Source of the DNA: Candidatus Omnitrophota bacterium
GTDB taxonomy: Bacteria; Omnitrophota; Omnitrophia; Omnitrophales; Aquincolibacteriaceae
Reading direction: 5' to 3'
Assembly: GCA_023247035.1 (NCBI GenBank)
Contig: JAHFHG010000006.1
Coordinates: 298-64,297, forward strand
Length of the DNA: 64,000 bases
The notes beneath the pieces are model-generated. The model saw only the letters and a list, made by a program, of their open reading frames with translations, was not told the origin of the DNA and did no database searches. This document shows positions 8,277-17,324 of the stretch, one piece after another (within the stretch, counting starts at the first letter, position 1; each line of letters begins with the position of its first letter). The position numbers and the translations under genes are program-made.

Positions 8277-10790
8277 TTAATTTCTATCCGCCAATTTTTT
8301 AAAATCAAAATGAATGAATTCTGTTTCCGCGGCGCGCAGATCGTCCTTTGCATTGGCGACCCAAAAGTCAGGAAAGGCATAAACGACGCTTTGAATATTA
8401 GAGGCGGGCGCCACCTGAAGGGCGATGTGCTGCGCAGTTTCCGGATCGATTTTTCCATAATTTTTGAGAATCAGTTCGCCGTGTTTCTTGTACCGGATTT
8501 CATAAGCGCCGCCCGCGGGCATTTCCAGCCCGGGTTTTTTAGGATCTCCTTTGGAAGCCAGCTGAAGGTCGCGTATTTGCGGATCCAGCGCAGGATCAGC
8601 CCGAAAGACGGCATCTTCAATGGAAAACGCATAAGGCACGCCTTGTTCTTTGGGATCTTTGTCCTCAAAAAAAGCCAGGTGGTGAGCCGTTGTCTCAACG
8701 GCAACGGCCTTCTTCTCCACGGCATCCGCGATCACGTAATTGTAGCCTCGGGTGAGCGGGCTTCTTTCGAAAATGGCCCGGGCATCGTCCAAGGATTGCG
8801 CCTCCGCTAAGATCCGTTTCAGAAGAAAAGGCATCGGAACGCCCTTCATTGTTTCATCGCGGGACATTGCGCCGATCTGGCCCACGGAAATTCCCTCGTC
8901 ATTCATTCCCGATAGAACGCCGGTGAATCCGTAATAACCGATGTTGGCGTACGTTTGCCGGCCGGGCGTGCTGATCCATTTTACGGCGGCGTGGCGTTGA
9001 ATCCCTATTTTCCGGTTCCAGTCCAGATTCCGGATTGCGATCAACCGCCCCTGAGCGGTCGCTTTTCCCCAATAAGCGCCGTTCGTGCACCAGGTCGGGT
9101 AAACCTCCGGAAGCGCGTGAATGCGCTTGAGTTGGCGAAAAGGGATATCCGCGCCGCGCGCCAGGCCGTGTATCTGTAAGTATTCGGAATAGGAAAGGTA
9201 AGGCTCCATTTTCTGCCAGGCCTGATCCAGGGCCGCATGAATAAGAAGGCGGTTGAGAAAAGGAATCGGCAGCTCGCGTTCGAAATAACCGAAAATTTCC
9301 TTCACCGCTTTGTGGATTTGTTTTTTGAGAAGGCGTCCTTCTTCAAATCCCTGGTGGTAGGAAGGCCCGTAGAGTTTAAGAATAGGAAGGCCGTCTTGAC
9401 TGCTTACTGAAGTTTGGGAATCGAATGGATATGCTTTTCCAGAGGAAAAATGCGTATCCGTTAATCCCCGAAACTTCAGTAACACGCCCGGGCGGAAGAC
9501 TTCTTTTTTCTCGTTTTCAGTCAGGAGCTTTTCCGCAAGGCGGATGGCTTGGCGCTGAATGAACCAATCCATTTTAGGGCCGTAAAAACTGACCCGCGAT
9601 TCATATTGGCGTGTATCCAAGTAATAGTTGTGAGGCACAACGTAAGCAATGTAGTCGTTGGCGTATCCGAGGATCAAAGGGATAAAACCCCGCGCCTTCG
9701 CTTCTTGTTCGACCCGGTAGCCCACCTCGGAACTGAGTTCCCCGGGGAAAGCCAGGAAAAGATACCGGCCCATCCGCACGGCCTGGAAGGCGCTGTGCCT
9801 GGGAAATATTCCGGCGCCGATCAGTGGAGGAAGCGGGACCTTGCCCAGGCGGATCCGGACGCGCGGCAATCTTCTTTTTTCAAACAAGCCCTTCCACGAG
9901 CCCTTTCCCAAGGGAACTTCTTGAAAGGATAAATTTTTGATTTCTTCCGCGATCGTCAAACCGTAAGCGGTCATGCGTTCCGTGCGGTCATGAAACGGCC
10001 CTGTTTTGGGCCGGAGGTCTCCGGCCGCGCCGTTGACAAAAAGCGAAACGGAATCGGGCGCGAGGTTTTCAAGATGCCGGTTGATGACGCCCGGGAAATC
10101 CGCAGAGTAAAGAAGATCCGAGGCGGGAAAAAGCGTCGGGTGAGCGGCCATAAAAAGCATCCACGCCGCGATTTTTCCTTTTTCGTCTTGGAAACGCAGG
10201 ACACGAAGCCTGTCCGGGAAATTCAGTTTTTCATCCATCCGGTTTTCGACCTTGTCATCGATCCGGGCTTCTCCGTATTGCGCATAGGCAAGGACGGAAG
10301 TGTCCAGAGCGGCCAGTGCCGCTTCCGCGATTTTGCCTGCGGTCATTTCGAATATTTTTTTTCGGAATTTCCCCATAATGAATCTCTGCCAGAACCTTCC
10401 GCCGATCGCGCCGGTTCCTGAATGAGTATGAGTTGCCGTGAGGACAAGCCGCTCGTCGCGCAAAAGTTTTTTCCGGTTGATTATTTTGAGCGCTTCCGCG
10501 CGCAGCTTGGCGTCAATGAAGACGAGATCCGCGGAAATAAATACGAACGTTTCCCCGTCTTTGCTGAGGGCAAGCGCCCTGGCGTAAAGGGGGTCGTGGA
10601 CTCCGGCCGAGTATTTCTTGCGGAGCCTTCCGTAGCCTGCAAGCGGAGTTCCGATCGGGGGAGTGATTTCGGTTTTGGCCTTTCCAAGATAAAAGGCTCC
10701 GCTTGAATCGGGCCCGGCGAAGCTCTGCCTGCCTGAGAAAAGGGCCAGGAGGAGGGCCGTCAAAAGGAAAATTTTGAGCTGTGTTTTCAT
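8277..10790 (-). CDS. Secreted fusion of a neutral/alkaline ceramidase-family domain and a C45 (Ntn-hydrolase) domain
   Basis: Signal peptide. N-domain: ITPPIGTPLAGY, HDPLYARAL, ATHTHSG, AHPT, SADFPG, PGE, GYANDY. C-domain: CTNGAYW...RNLDW...GVLSGMNDEG. Confidence 0.85.
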   Translation of the reverse strand: MKTQLKIFLLTALLLALFSGRQSFAGPDSSGAFYLGKAKTEITPPIGTPLAGYGRLRKKYSAGVHDPLYARALALSKDGETFVFISADLVFIDAKLRAEALKIINRKKLLRDERLVLTATHTHSGTGAIGGRFWQRFIMGKFRKKIFEMTAGKIAEAALAALDTSVLAYAQYGEARIDDKVENRMDEKLNFPDRLRVLRFQDEKGKIAAWMLFMAAHPTLFPASDLLYSADFPGVINRHLENLAPDSVSLFVNGAAGDLRPKTGPFHDRTERMTAYGLTIAEEIKNLSFQEVPLGKGSWKGLFEKRRLPRVRIRLGKVPLPPLIGAGIFPRHSAFQAVRMGRYLFLAFPGELSSEVGYRVEQEAKARGFIPLILGYANDYIAYVVPHNYYLDTRQYESRVSFYGPKMDWFIQRQAIRLAEKLLTENEKKEVFRPGVLLKFRGLTDTHFSSGKAYPFDSQTSVSSQDGLPILKLYGPSYHQGFEEGRLLKKQIHKAVKEIFGYFERELPIPFLNRLLIHAALDQAWQKMEPYLSYSEYLQIHGLARGADIPFRQLKRIHALPEVYPTWCTNGAYWGKATAQGRLIAIRNLDWNRKIGIQRHAAVKWISTPGRQTYANIGYYGFTGVLSGMNDEGISVGQIGAMSRDETMKGVPMPFLLKRILAEAQSLDDARAIFERSPLTRGYNYVIADAVEKKAVAVETTAHHLAFFEDKDPKEQGVPYAFSIEDAVFRADPALDPQIRDLQLASKGDPKKPGLEMPAGGAYEIRYKKHGELILKNYGKIDPETAQHIALQVAPASNIQSVVYAFPDFWVANAKDDLRAAETEFIHFDFKKLADRN

Positions 10791-10984
10791 GAATGGAAAA
10801 TGCCGTGAATTTTCAGACAAGGATTATGCCATAAGAAATAAGAGGAAAGGATTTTTTGATTTTTCGGAATCTCGTGACCGTAAAAATTCCTTTTGCGGGA
10901 ATCCGCCTTATTCGAAGCAGTAGCTTTTTTTAATAAAGCGCGTTAAGATCACGCCGTTACATTCCGCAAAAAGGAGATTTGCCG

Positions 10985-11227
10985 ATGCGAGTTATTCTGA
11001 TCGCCCTCTGCCTTTCCTTTGTTTTGATTTCGTGCGCGCGCCGCGGGAAACCTTCTCAAGCCGTCGACCTTAAGGCCGATACAAAGCTAGGCGCAAGATA
11101 CGATGAAGACGAAGCTGAGGACGTCCAAAAATCCCTCGAGGAGATCCGCGAAAAACAAGGGCAAGAACAAAAACGCCACCTCGAGCGTCAGATTACAGAG
11201 CCTCTAGACGAGCCGCAGAAAACGTAA
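10985..11227 (+). CDS. Small lipoprotein, hypothetical
   Basis: AAGGAG RBS, hydrophobic leader ending LISC, charged helical mature part. Confidence 0.7.
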   Translation: MRVILIALCLSFVLISCARRGKPSQAVDLKADTKLGARYDEDEAEDVQKSLEEIREKQGQEQKRHLERQITEPLDEPQKT

Positions 11228-11230
11228 CCA

Positions 11231-12979
11231 ATGCCTGGGTTGAATCCGATTCGGCGCAAGCTTCCCCTGATTTTTTTGGGAATCCTTTTTCTAAGCCTTC
11301 AAGCCCCCGCCGATCTTCCCGGCGCCGAAGAAAAAAAACTGACGGAGGAAGATGCCGCGCTTCGCCGCGCCGTAAGTTTTTATCGCGCCAAAGATTATCC
11401 GAACGCTCTTGACGAATTCAAAAAAGCAGAAGCCCGGGTTCCCTCTGATTTCCTGATCAAACGCTATATCGCCTATCTTTATTATTTGATGCACGACTGG
11501 GATCAAGCGATATTGAAGTTAAACGAGGCGCTTGTTTTAAAAAGCGATGAGCAGCTTTTGCGCGGCCTCTTGGCGGAGATTTATTTTAAGCGCGCTGAGT
11601 TTGAGAAGGCGGCCGAGCAATATCAGCTTATTCTCGGACAATCCCCTGAAGAGAATATGAAAAACAAAGCGCAGAAGAGGCTCGAGGAAATCTCAGAATT
11701 GAAAAAATTGTTTGCCGCCTCGCCGGAAGGCCAAATCAACGTTGCTGCCTTTATGAATTCCCAGCCTGCCCGCGATTTTTCGAAAGGAAAATTTGAAGAG
11801 GCCCTCACCGGATTTGACGATCTGGCGAAGAAGTACCCTGAAGATTTTTTAATCCACCGTTTCCGGGGAATGGCTCTGACCCAATTGGGAAGAACGGAAG
11901 AGGCCGTTAAGGCCTTCCAGGAAATTTTGCGAAAGAACCCGGATCACGTGGCGACTCATTTCCATTTGGGACAGGCTTACCTCGCAAAGAGGGATACTGA
12001 AAATGCCAGAAAAGAATATCAGTGGGTCATCGCCCATGACGAAACCGATTACCGGACGCGGGCTGAATACGCGCTTTTCAGGGCTTTCGGCGTCCAACGC
12101 GGGAGGGCGAGAAAACCTTGGAGCTTCAAACTGAGCGCCGGATATGATTTTGATACGAACTCTATTTTAAAATCCAACGATCCCCACTACACGGTAGCCG
12201 GGGATAAGAATTCGAGCCGCTACCCGATCACATGGATTGGAACCTTCCGGTTTTTGCAAAAGCCTAAATGGATCCTTACCGCCGACACCCTTTACACGCA
12301 TACGATCTACCACGATTTTCCGCACCTTAACGTTTATACGGCCGGCCCAGGCGTTTCGGCGCTTTACCAATTCTCACTTTATCATAAACCGGCCTTTTTG
12401 AATTTTCGCGAAGGCGCTACGATCACGCTCCTTAAAAACAGGTTTTACGTCTGGTCGAATACGGTTTCAGCCAATTTCATTGCGAATTTGACGAGCCGCT
12501 CCCGCACGACGCTTTCTTACCGCTGGTCCGTGAACGAATTCGATTCAAACGGAACAGATCCTGACCGGACGAGCCGGGACGGTTTTGTCAGTTACGCCGC
12601 GCTTTCGAATCATTTTTACTTCAACGCCGAAAAAAATCATTTTGTTCTCGCAGGGTATGATTTTGAGCGGCAGGACACCTCCGGGGTCAATAATATCCGG
12701 AATGCTCACGGCGGACAGCTGGGATATCATTTTCCTTTTCTTGAAAAAATTGAAGGAGAAATTCATTTCCGTTTCAGGGATCTTAACTACAAGCAATTTG
12801 CCTCGACGCCGCCCAAGCGCCGGGACGATATCTTCACTTTAACCGTAACGGTCTCAAGGCCGTTAACGTCTTACCTTGACCTCGAAGGATCCTACGTTTT
12901 GGAAGATGCCAGGGGAAAAAACAATGCCTACGAATACACCCGCCAGATTTTCAGTGTCAAAGCCACAGCTCATTATTAA
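11231..12979 (+). CDS. TPR-repeat protein with C-terminal outer-membrane beta-barrel (DUF560/SLAM-like architecture)
   Basis: Signal peptide and several TPRs (e.g. HFHLGQAYLAK). Amphipathic strands from KPWSFKLSAGYDFDTN, ending in an aromatic residue (VKATAHY). Confidence 0.75.
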   Translation: MPGLNPIRRKLPLIFLGILFLSLQAPADLPGAEEKKLTEEDAALRRAVSFYRAKDYPNALDEFKKAEARVPSDFLIKRYIAYLYYLMHDWDQAILKLNEALVLKSDEQLLRGLLAEIYFKRAEFEKAAEQYQLILGQSPEENMKNKAQKRLEEISELKKLFAASPEGQINVAAFMNSQPARDFSKGKFEEALTGFDDLAKKYPEDFLIHRFRGMALTQLGRTEEAVKAFQEILRKNPDHVATHFHLGQAYLAKRDTENARKEYQWVIAHDETDYRTRAEYALFRAFGVQRGRARKPWSFKLSAGYDFDTNSILKSNDPHYTVAGDKNSSRYPITWIGTFRFLQKPKWILTADTLYTHTIYHDFPHLNVYTAGPGVSALYQFSLYHKPAFLNFREGATITLLKNRFYVWSNTVSANFIANLTSRSRTTLSYRWSVNEFDSNGTDPDRTSRDGFVSYAALSNHFYFNAEKNHFVLAGYDFERQDTSGVNNIRNAHGGQLGYHFPFLEKIEGEIHFRFRDLNYKQFASTPPKRRDDIFTLTVTVSRPLTSYLDLEGSYVLEDARGKNNAYEYTRQIFSVKATAHY

Positions 12980-13144
12980 TCATAACTTATTTTATATAAA
13001 AGAGTTATGACAATTTTACCTCCCCATAAAGATATCTATTAACTTATAACATTCAAGATCATCTTAAGTCATCCGCTTGTTTTAAGAAAAAATAGAAAAT
13101 ATCCTTTGTATAGAACCACAAATAAAGAAGCAAAGGAGTCCAGC

Positions 13145-14560
13145 GTGAATCAAAATGGAAAGCACTTTGAATTTGTGATTGCGGCCCTTGCGATCCTTGC
13201 TTTTCTTTGGACGGCGCCGGGAGGACTTGCTCAAGTCACTGCAGAAAGACAGGCGGCGAACCTGCCGGAATTGAACAATCAAGCCCTTCCGCAAGATGAA
13301 AAGGATCTGTTGAAAGGCCAGAAAACGCCCTTAAGCGCAGTGGAATCCTCCCCGGACTCGAAGCCGGATTTCAGCGATTTGAATGATCATCTTGCCTTGA
13401 TTTTCGATTTCAACGGGGAAGTCCGTGTCCTCAAACACGGCGCGGAACAGTGGATGCCGGCTCAGAAAAAAATGAAAATCGAGATTGGGGATCAACTTCT
13501 TACGGGTAAAGACAGCCAGGTCGACATTGCCTATGACAGCCACTTTTTGAATATCGCGCGGATCGGCGCGAACACCAAGGCGGAATTCCGCAATATCGAA
13601 CCCACGGACATTCATATGGAAGACGGCTCAATCTTCAGCGCCTTAGACGGCCTCAAAAAAGGAGAGGGCTACCAAATTTCCACCCGGACCGCGGTCGCCG
13701 GTGTGCGGGGGACGCATCTTTTTGTTTCGGATCTGGCCGGATTCACAACGGTCGCTGTTTACGAAGAACCCGGGAATCACGGAGCCGAGGTCATACAACA
13801 CTACTTAGATGCGCAGCACACTTTTGATGTCAAGGAAGGGCAGGAATTAAAAATTGGCCCGCAGGGCGCCGGCGCCTTTAATCCGATAAGCGATGAGGTC
13901 ATTAAAGCCGGGCAGGAATTTCTCGGACACCTGGAGCAAGTCGAAGTCTTGAGGGAGGAAGGATTGAACGCATTTAACGAATCTATAGAAGGCGGGATTC
14001 CGGAAGAAATGCTCAATCGATTAAGTGCGGTGGCAGATAATTATTTGGACTCCGCAGTGCCGCCTGGAGAAAACTTCTTGGATATTGACGCGCCGCCGGC
14101 TCCAGCCGTAGAAAGCGGATCCAAAGCTGAGAGCGCCGGAAAAAATGAGAATGCCGAATCCGAGTCCAATGGACCGGGAAAAGCTCCTGTTCCTTCGGAG
14201 AAGGTCGAAGAAGCAGCCCCTCCGGAACAAAATCAGGCCGCGGACTTAGAGCCCGTAACCGCGGAAGTTCTGGCCGGGAATTTTAAAGCCGACGTAGAAA
14301 ATACGCTCGAATTGAAAGGAAAAAATCCGCAGGCTTTATCAGGAGATCTAGGCGCTGACCCTACTTCTGTAGATTTTAGGCAGGATCTCTCTCTAGATAT
14401 CGCTGCTGCAACCGCGGCACAAACTGTTGACGTACTGTCCGTGATCCAATGGATTCAAGGACTGACAGACAGAGATTGGACTAAGAATCCTTGGACAGAG
14501 CAGGATTCGGCGAACTTTGCGGCGGTATGCGCGGCACATCCAGAAACACAAGGGTGTTGA
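13145..14560 (+). CDS. Exported FecR-domain protein with long acidic Pro/Ala/Glu-rich tail
   Basis: AAGGAG then GTG 13145, signal peptide, GDQLLTGKDS...STRTAVAGVRGT FecR motif. Confidence 0.8.
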   Translation: MNQNGKHFEFVIAALAILAFLWTAPGGLAQVTAERQAANLPELNNQALPQDEKDLLKGQKTPLSAVESSPDSKPDFSDLNDHLALIFDFNGEVRVLKHGAEQWMPAQKKMKIEIGDQLLTGKDSQVDIAYDSHFLNIARIGANTKAEFRNIEPTDIHMEDGSIFSALDGLKKGEGYQISTRTAVAGVRGTHLFVSDLAGFTTVAVYEEPGNHGAEVIQHYLDAQHTFDVKEGQELKIGPQGAGAFNPISDEVIKAGQEFLGHLEQVEVLREEGLNAFNESIEGGIPEEMLNRLSAVADNYLDSAVPPGENFLDIDAPPAPAVESGSKAESAGKNENAESESNGPGKAPVPSEKVEEAAPPEQNQAADLEPVTAEVLAGNFKADVENTLELKGKNPQALSGDLGADPTSVDFRQDLSLDIAAATAAQTVDVLSVIQWIQGLTDRDWTKNPWTEQDSANFAAVCAAHPETQGC

Positions 14561-14609
14561 TTTTTGATGTAATGAAATAGGAGAAAAAAGTTTAATCTTA
14601 GCCGGTTTC

Positions 14610-14643
14610 AAGAGGGACGATCTAAAATCGGCCCTCTTTTTTT
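14610..14643 (+). terminator. Intrinsic terminator after the FecR gene
   Basis: aagaggg(a)cgat-ctaaa-atcg(g)ccctctt followed by a T run. Confidence 0.6.
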
Positions 14644-14731
14644 GTTCCAGATAGACGAAGAATGATAAGGCTGCTCATAAAATCGTTACTGCGCGGGCCG
14701 GTGGGTTTTTTTGATTTTGAGGACCTTGTTA

Positions 14732-14803
14732 GTAGGGCGTACCTGCCTCGCTTGCCACAGGTCCGCCGAAAGGCGGGCAGGCACAGGTTGCCACCCGCCC
14801 TAC
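14732..14803. repeat. GTAG-type REP-like composite palindrome
   Basis: GTAGGGCG...CGCCCTAC termini enclosing cctgcc/ggcagg arms and a ccgcc-gaaa-ggcgg hairpin. Confidence 0.6.
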
Positions 14804-14845
14804 ACTCGCTTGAACGCAATAACAAAAACAAAAGAAGGAGCCCTT

Positions 14846-16852
14846 TTGCCCGACCTCTTCCGCGCGCTTTCAAGACCTTTCCGCGACAAGCGCACCTACG
14901 CCGAATTCCTGGTCGGGATCGCGCTTTTGGGGCTGATGCTCGCCCCGGCCTTCACTCACGCCCTCGATAATTTTGAGAATTTATTCCTGGATATGCGTTT
15001 CAAGCTGCGCGGCGAGCGCCCTTTTCCTGCCGCGATCAACCTCATTGCCGTGGATGAGGCCAGTATCGACGTGTTCGGCCACTGGCCCTGGCCCCGCAGC
15101 GTTCACGCGGAGCTTCTGGACACCTTTAGGCATCCCTCCTTCCGGCCCGCCGTGGTCGGCTATGATTTCCTTTTTGAAAATAAAAATGAGCACAATCCCG
15201 AAGAGGACAAGGCCCTCGTGTTCCGCACGCAGAATATGGAAGGCAAGATCGTCGCGGCCTATTTTTTTGAGAAGGGGCCGGGCGCCGGATTCGAACACGA
15301 CGAGGTCAAAGAAAAATACCTCGAGCAATTTGCCTTTCCGGGTTCGCCGTCCGTTCCTGAGCAGTTAGACAAGGCCGACAAGGTTTCGCTCCCCTTTAGC
15401 GAATTCGCCGCCGCCAGCCAGCTTGCCTTCGTCAATACTCCCGTGGATAACGACGGCCGGACGCGCCGCGCGCAGCTTTTGATGCGCTACCGCGGCAAGA
15501 TTTATCCTTCCATGGATTTGCTGCTTGTTTTCAATTATTGGGGAGTCCGGCTTCAAGACGTCCGGCTTGAGAGGCGGGCGATTGTGATCGAAAAAAGCAA
15601 AATCGGAAAAGTCGTGATTCCGGTTTCCGCCAAAGGCGATATGCTCATTAACTATTACGGAAGCCTGGAACACGTTCCTTCCTATTCCGTGATTGAAGTC
15701 CTCAAGGCCGTCCGGAATTGGATGAGAGGGAGTGAGGACCCGCTGCTCCTGCGTTCTTTTAAAGACAAGATTGTGATTACCGGCGTTACGGCGCTCGGAT
15801 TGGGAGACAGGCGCGTGACCCCGTTTCAGCAGTACGAATCGGGCTTAAGCCTTCACGCCCAGCTTGTCGCCAATATCCTGGATCAAAATTTTCTGGCGCG
15901 CGCCTCGCCGGAAGGTTCCTATTTTTCCCTTATCCTTATCGCGCTGATCACGACTCTGCTGACGATGTTTTTGCGGATTCCCAAGTCGCTGGCGGCTGTC
16001 TTAGCGCTGTGTCTTCTTTATTTTTGCGCGGCCTATATTTTTTTCCTCAAAGGAATTTGGATTGACGTTGCGATTCAGGAAATCACCGCGGTTGTGATTT
16101 TTATCGGGATGACTTCCTTCCGCTATTTTCTCACTCTTGAGGAGTTAAAACGCGCCCAGTCCCGGCTCATTCAGTCCTCCAAAATGGCGGCGTTGGGGCA
16201 GCTTTCCGCGGGAATTGCCCACGAGTTTCGCAATATTCTGAATGGGATCAACTTAAACGTGGAATGCTGCAGCAAGCCGGGCCTGCCTCCGGAGCGGATC
16301 CAATATTACCTTGAGAAATATAAACAGACCGCGTCCGATGCCCGGGTGATCCTGGAAAGCCTTTTGATTTTCGCGCGTAAAAATGAATCCGTAAAAACTC
16401 CGGGGAGCCTGAAGCAGACCGTTCAGAGCGCGCTTCAGCTGGTGGAAAGGGAAATGGAACGCTGTCACATTACCTTGTTCTGCGAACTTCAGGAGGTGCC
16501 GAGGATTTCTTATGATCCCGGCCAAATCTCCCAGGTCATCATTAATCTTGTGAACAATGCCAGGGACGCGTTGCGTGATTTAAAAGACAGGGAAAAACAG
16601 ATCACGCTGCGGTTGTGGGATAATTCCGATCAAATACGTCTCGACATTGCCGATAATGGAACGGGGATACACCCTCAAATTCTAAAACGCCTCTTTGAAC
16701 CTTTTGCAACAACCAAACCCGAAGGCCGGGGGACAGGATTGGGGCTTTCGGTCTGCCACGGGATTATCCGCAATCACGGGGGCGATATTACGGTCAGCAC
16801 CGCCGCGGGCAAAGGAACAACCTGGCGCTTATCTTTTCCGAAAAAATCGTGA
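14846..16852 (+). CDS. CHASE2-domain sensor histidine kinase
   Basis: CHASE2 (GHWPWPRSVHA, DNDGRTRR), 3 TM helices, H-box AGIAHEFRNIL, NLVNNARDA, DNGTGI, FEPFATTK, GTGLGL. TTG start after AAGGAG. Confidence 0.9.
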   Translation: MPDLFRALSRPFRDKRTYAEFLVGIALLGLMLAPAFTHALDNFENLFLDMRFKLRGERPFPAAINLIAVDEASIDVFGHWPWPRSVHAELLDTFRHPSFRPAVVGYDFLFENKNEHNPEEDKALVFRTQNMEGKIVAAYFFEKGPGAGFEHDEVKEKYLEQFAFPGSPSVPEQLDKADKVSLPFSEFAAASQLAFVNTPVDNDGRTRRAQLLMRYRGKIYPSMDLLLVFNYWGVRLQDVRLERRAIVIEKSKIGKVVIPVSAKGDMLINYYGSLEHVPSYSVIEVLKAVRNWMRGSEDPLLLRSFKDKIVITGVTALGLGDRRVTPFQQYESGLSLHAQLVANILDQNFLARASPEGSYFSLILIALITTLLTMFLRIPKSLAAVLALCLLYFCAAYIFFLKGIWIDVAIQEITAVVIFIGMTSFRYFLTLEELKRAQSRLIQSSKMAALGQLSAGIAHEFRNILNGINLNVECCSKPGLPPERIQYYLEKYKQTASDARVILESLLIFARKNESVKTPGSLKQTVQSALQLVEREMERCHITLFCELQEVPRISYDPGQISQVIINLVNNARDALRDLKDREKQITLRLWDNSDQIRLDIADNGTGIHPQILKRLFEPFATTKPEGRGTGLGLSVCHGIIRNHGGDITVSTAAGKGTTWRLSFPKKS

Positions 16853-16895
16853 GGACGCGGCAGGCTGCGCCCTTACCGAAGAGGAGCCGCTTACG

Positions 16896-17267
16896 ATGCA
16901 AAAAAAGATTTTACTCGTGGATGACGAAATAGAAATCCGGCAATTCCTCCAAGTTTATTTTGAGGACAGGGATTTCACCGTGGAGATCGCCTCCGATGGA
17001 GTGGAGGGCTTTGAAAAATTTCAAAAAGGCGGTTTTGATTTAGTGGTCTCCGATATGCTGATGCCCAAAATGATCGGCACCGAGCTTTTGCGGAAAATCA
17101 AAGAAACAAAACCGGACCAGCGCGTGATCATGATGACGGCCGTGAAAGAAGATTCGATGGTTCAGAAGGCAAGAGCGCTGGGCTGCCAGCATTATTTGAC
17201 TAAACCCGTCCGGCTTGCAGACCTTGAAGCCAAAGTTTCGGAATGTTTCTCTCAGACGGCTTCGTAA
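16896..17267 (+). CDS. Single-domain response regulator (CheY-like)
   Basis: GAGGAG RBS. KKILLVDDE, DLVVSDMLMP, MTA, YLTKP. Confidence 0.9.
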   Translation: MQKKILLVDDEIEIRQFLQVYFEDRDFTVEIASDGVEGFEKFQKGGFDLVVSDMLMPKMIGTELLRKIKETKPDQRVIMMTAVKEDSMVQKARALGCQHYLTKPVRLADLEAKVSECFSQTAS

Positions 17268-17324
17268 CCCACATTTTCCTTTTTAAATCGCTCTTCCATT
17301 GGATTTCATGTAGAATCGAGCGCT

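Noticed and set aside
12980-13010. Palindrome tcataact-N15-agttatga (IHF-like or dif-like)
   Set aside because: It does not match the XerC/XerD dif consensus, and IHF-like matches are weak in AT-rich DNA.
14711-14845. N-terminal extension of the CHASE2 kinase in the ORF track
   Set aside because: It runs through a REP-like palindrome; AAGGAG plus TTG at 14846 is the better start.
16695-16895. N-terminal extension of the response regulator
   Set aside because: It overlaps the kinase gene; the RBS supports ATG 16896.
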